A stretch of 32,255 nt of DNA from Sminthopsis crassicaudata. Its lineage: Eukaryota. The DNA lies in the NCBI RefSeq assembly GCF_048593235.1, contig NC_133619.1, forward strand, positions 3,114,454 through 3,146,708, read 5' to 3'. The notes under the pieces were generated by a model, which was not told the DNA's origin, did not search any database, and saw nothing but the letters and a program-made list of their open reading frames with translations. This document shows positions 30,472 through 32,255 of this stretch, one piece after another. A program made the position numbers and the translations under genes. Position 1 is the first letter of the stretch, and every line of letters starts with the position of its first letter.

Positions 30472-30835
30472 CAAGCTTTTATTAAGTGTTTACTTGAATC
30501 GAGGCAGCTAGATTGCTCAGTGGTTAGAATGCTCAACTGGAATCAGTTCAAATTCAGCCTCAGACAATTAGTAGCTGTGTGACCCTAAGCAAGTCCCTTA
30601 ATCATGTTTCTCTTAACACATTGTCAAAAGAAATGGCAAACCACTCGATCATCTTTGCCAAGGAAAACTCATGCATATATTGATGTCCACAGTTCACGAG
30701 GAGTCAGACATGACTAAATGACTGAACAATAATAACATAAACTGGACACTGTACGAATCTGGGAAGCAAACATACAAACAAAAAGAAAGGCAATCCTTGC
30801 CCTCAAGGAGCTTACATCCTAATGGGAAAGACGAT
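30472..30835 (-). mobile_element. LINE-2 3' end split by the SINE at 30501-30736
   Basis: caagcttttattaagtgtttact before the SINE; ctggacactgtac...ccttgccctcaaggagcttacatcctaatggg after it. Confidence 0.6.
30501..30736 (+). mobile_element. CORE-SINE with RTE/Bov-B-like tail (Mar-1/WALLSI-like), inserted in an L2 end
   Basis: A-box-like gctcagtggttagaa, B-box gttcaaattcagc, agctgtgtgaccct, tail aaatggcaaaccactc...tctttgccaag...gagtcagacatgactaaatgactgaacaataataac. Confidence 0.8.
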
Positions 30836-31289
30836 CTAAACGAAGATGAAAAGTTAGGGTGTAAGGAGGAGGAAGGTAGCCATCATGGGGGAAATGATGG
30901 AGGTCAGAGAAATGCAAATTGGGGGGAATGAGGAGCTAGATAGCTTGGTTCCTGGGAAGGGTCATCCAATTCCAGGAGAGGCCCAAGGAACCAAGGAGAC
31001 TTCCATGATTATGAATTCCCAGGCTGAAGTGTTCTTCCAGGAAATGGGGAGTATCTGGAGCAGCACAGCCTGATGGGAAAATAAGGCAAGCTCACTCCTT
31101 CATCCCCATTCCTTTAAAAAAATATCTCTACTTTTGTTATGTTTGTTTGTCAGCAGAAAACCTCATAATTGGGCTGTATATTAGGCAAGAGAAAAACAGA
31201 CTCTTTCCCTACATAAACACAAAGTAGATAAAATGCCAACAGAGTAATTTTTCCAGAGGCGGAGAAGAACTACCCAGAATGCAACTGGT

Positions 31290-31470
31290 ATTTATATGTC
31301 ATTTCAGGGTTCACAAAGTACTTTTCAAACATTGTCCCACTGGAGCCTCCCCCTGTCAGGAAAGGTGCTGGCACCACCCCCACTTTGTCAGTGAGGAAAC
31401 TGCAATGTAGATGGTAAATCCCCCAGATACGGTCCCAAGCAGGATTCTGTCTTGGGTCTTCCTGACCCCA
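31290..31470 (-). mobile_element. MIR SINE
   Basis: atttatatgtcatttcagggttcacaaagtactttt...ccccactttgtcagtgaggaaactg...gtcttcctgacccc. Confidence 0.65.
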
Positions 31471-32255
31471 GATCTGGGACTCCACCTGTCCTGGCCCCTG
31501 GCTGCCTGGGGCTGGAGAAGAATCAGGAAAAGTCTTGGCTAAGAAGTGCAACTTGAATTGCATCTAGAAGGAAGCTAAAGAAGGTAGAAATGAGGAAGGA
31601 GAGCTTTCCCGGAACTGAGTGCCAGCTTCTGCAAAGACACAGAGGGAAAAGGATGTGGCTGTCCTGGCAATGGAGAGCTGGCCAGCTCGTCTGGGCTGGA
31701 GAGAAGGGAAGAGAGAAGTCAGTCTCAAGGATTCATTTGATAAAAGAGGGCTCTCAAGTTCGTCCCAATAGTACCAGAAGCCTTTCTAAAGCCTGCCCCC
31801 TCCTCTTCCCTCCTTTCTCCCAGCTGCCTGACCAATCTTTGTCTTACCATACAAACATATATCCCTGACACATTGTGTCAGTCTGCCCTTCCCTGCCCAG
31901 CCTGTTCTTCACAAGGTGTTCAGTTGCCATTTTATTAGCTTCCTGGCAATTATTCCCTGCCCCTAAATTTTGTCTCTTGAAAATACTAATAAACACAGGA
32001 GCTAGGAGAAACTCCAATACTGAAAGTAACCTCCAATGACTTGTATGTGATGAATTCAGAGGAATCAGACACAGGGTTTAGTGGATCCTCCAAGTAATCA
32101 GATGTTTGATACCATATGGGAAAAAATCAACCACCTAACCTGCTGTATTTTTCACATTTCATTCCATGTTTTGGTTTCAGGTAAATACAACTAGAATGTA
32201 CATCTTTTCTTAAGAGAACTCAACCAATATATTTTCCTTTGTACTTCATTTCCCA

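Noticed and set aside
143-31868. Remaining short ORFs of 60-190 aa in the track
   Set aside because: No recognisable domains. They lie in introns or decayed repeats, or are read-through extensions of the true exons.

Overview
Eukaryotic genomic DNA, very probably from a marsupial: it carries CORE-SINEs with RTE/Bov-B-like tails, an RTE LINE and many L2, MIR and L3 relics. The whole window lies inside one + strand gene, the P5B-type P-type ATPase ATP13A5. Nine internal coding exons (3340-3412, 5834-5962, 12196-12366, 16673-16830, 18298-18486, 23008-23069, 26117-26267, 28114-28200, 29277-29433) have GT-AG boundaries. They splice with matching phases into one uninterrupted 1177-nt frame covering the A domain (TGES), the TM3/TM4 region (PPVLPAA), the phosphorylation motif (DKTGT) and part of the N domain (KGAPE). 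Three exons (3340-3412, 23008-23069, 28114-28200) are absent from the ORF track, and the start and stop codons lie outside the window. The introns hold a 35-unit 30-bp minisatellite with higher-order structure that is open in 5 of 6 frames and abuts a MIR tail, a probable ERV1-type solo LTR with a 4-bp TSD, and a 4x28-bp CpG-rich hairpin repeat. They also hold a cluster of nested inverted repeats beside a 1.2-kb (ATCY)n array, a near-perfect 46-bp palindrome, and an RTE fragment spanning a 133-N assembly gap. There are no prokaryotic features (CRISPR, operons). I cannot support a new multi-gene system; the best leads are these intronic repeat and hairpin structures and an ATP13A4/ATP13A5 mix of residues in the protein. 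Repeat-family names and paralogue comparisons come from recalled consensus sequences, not from searches.
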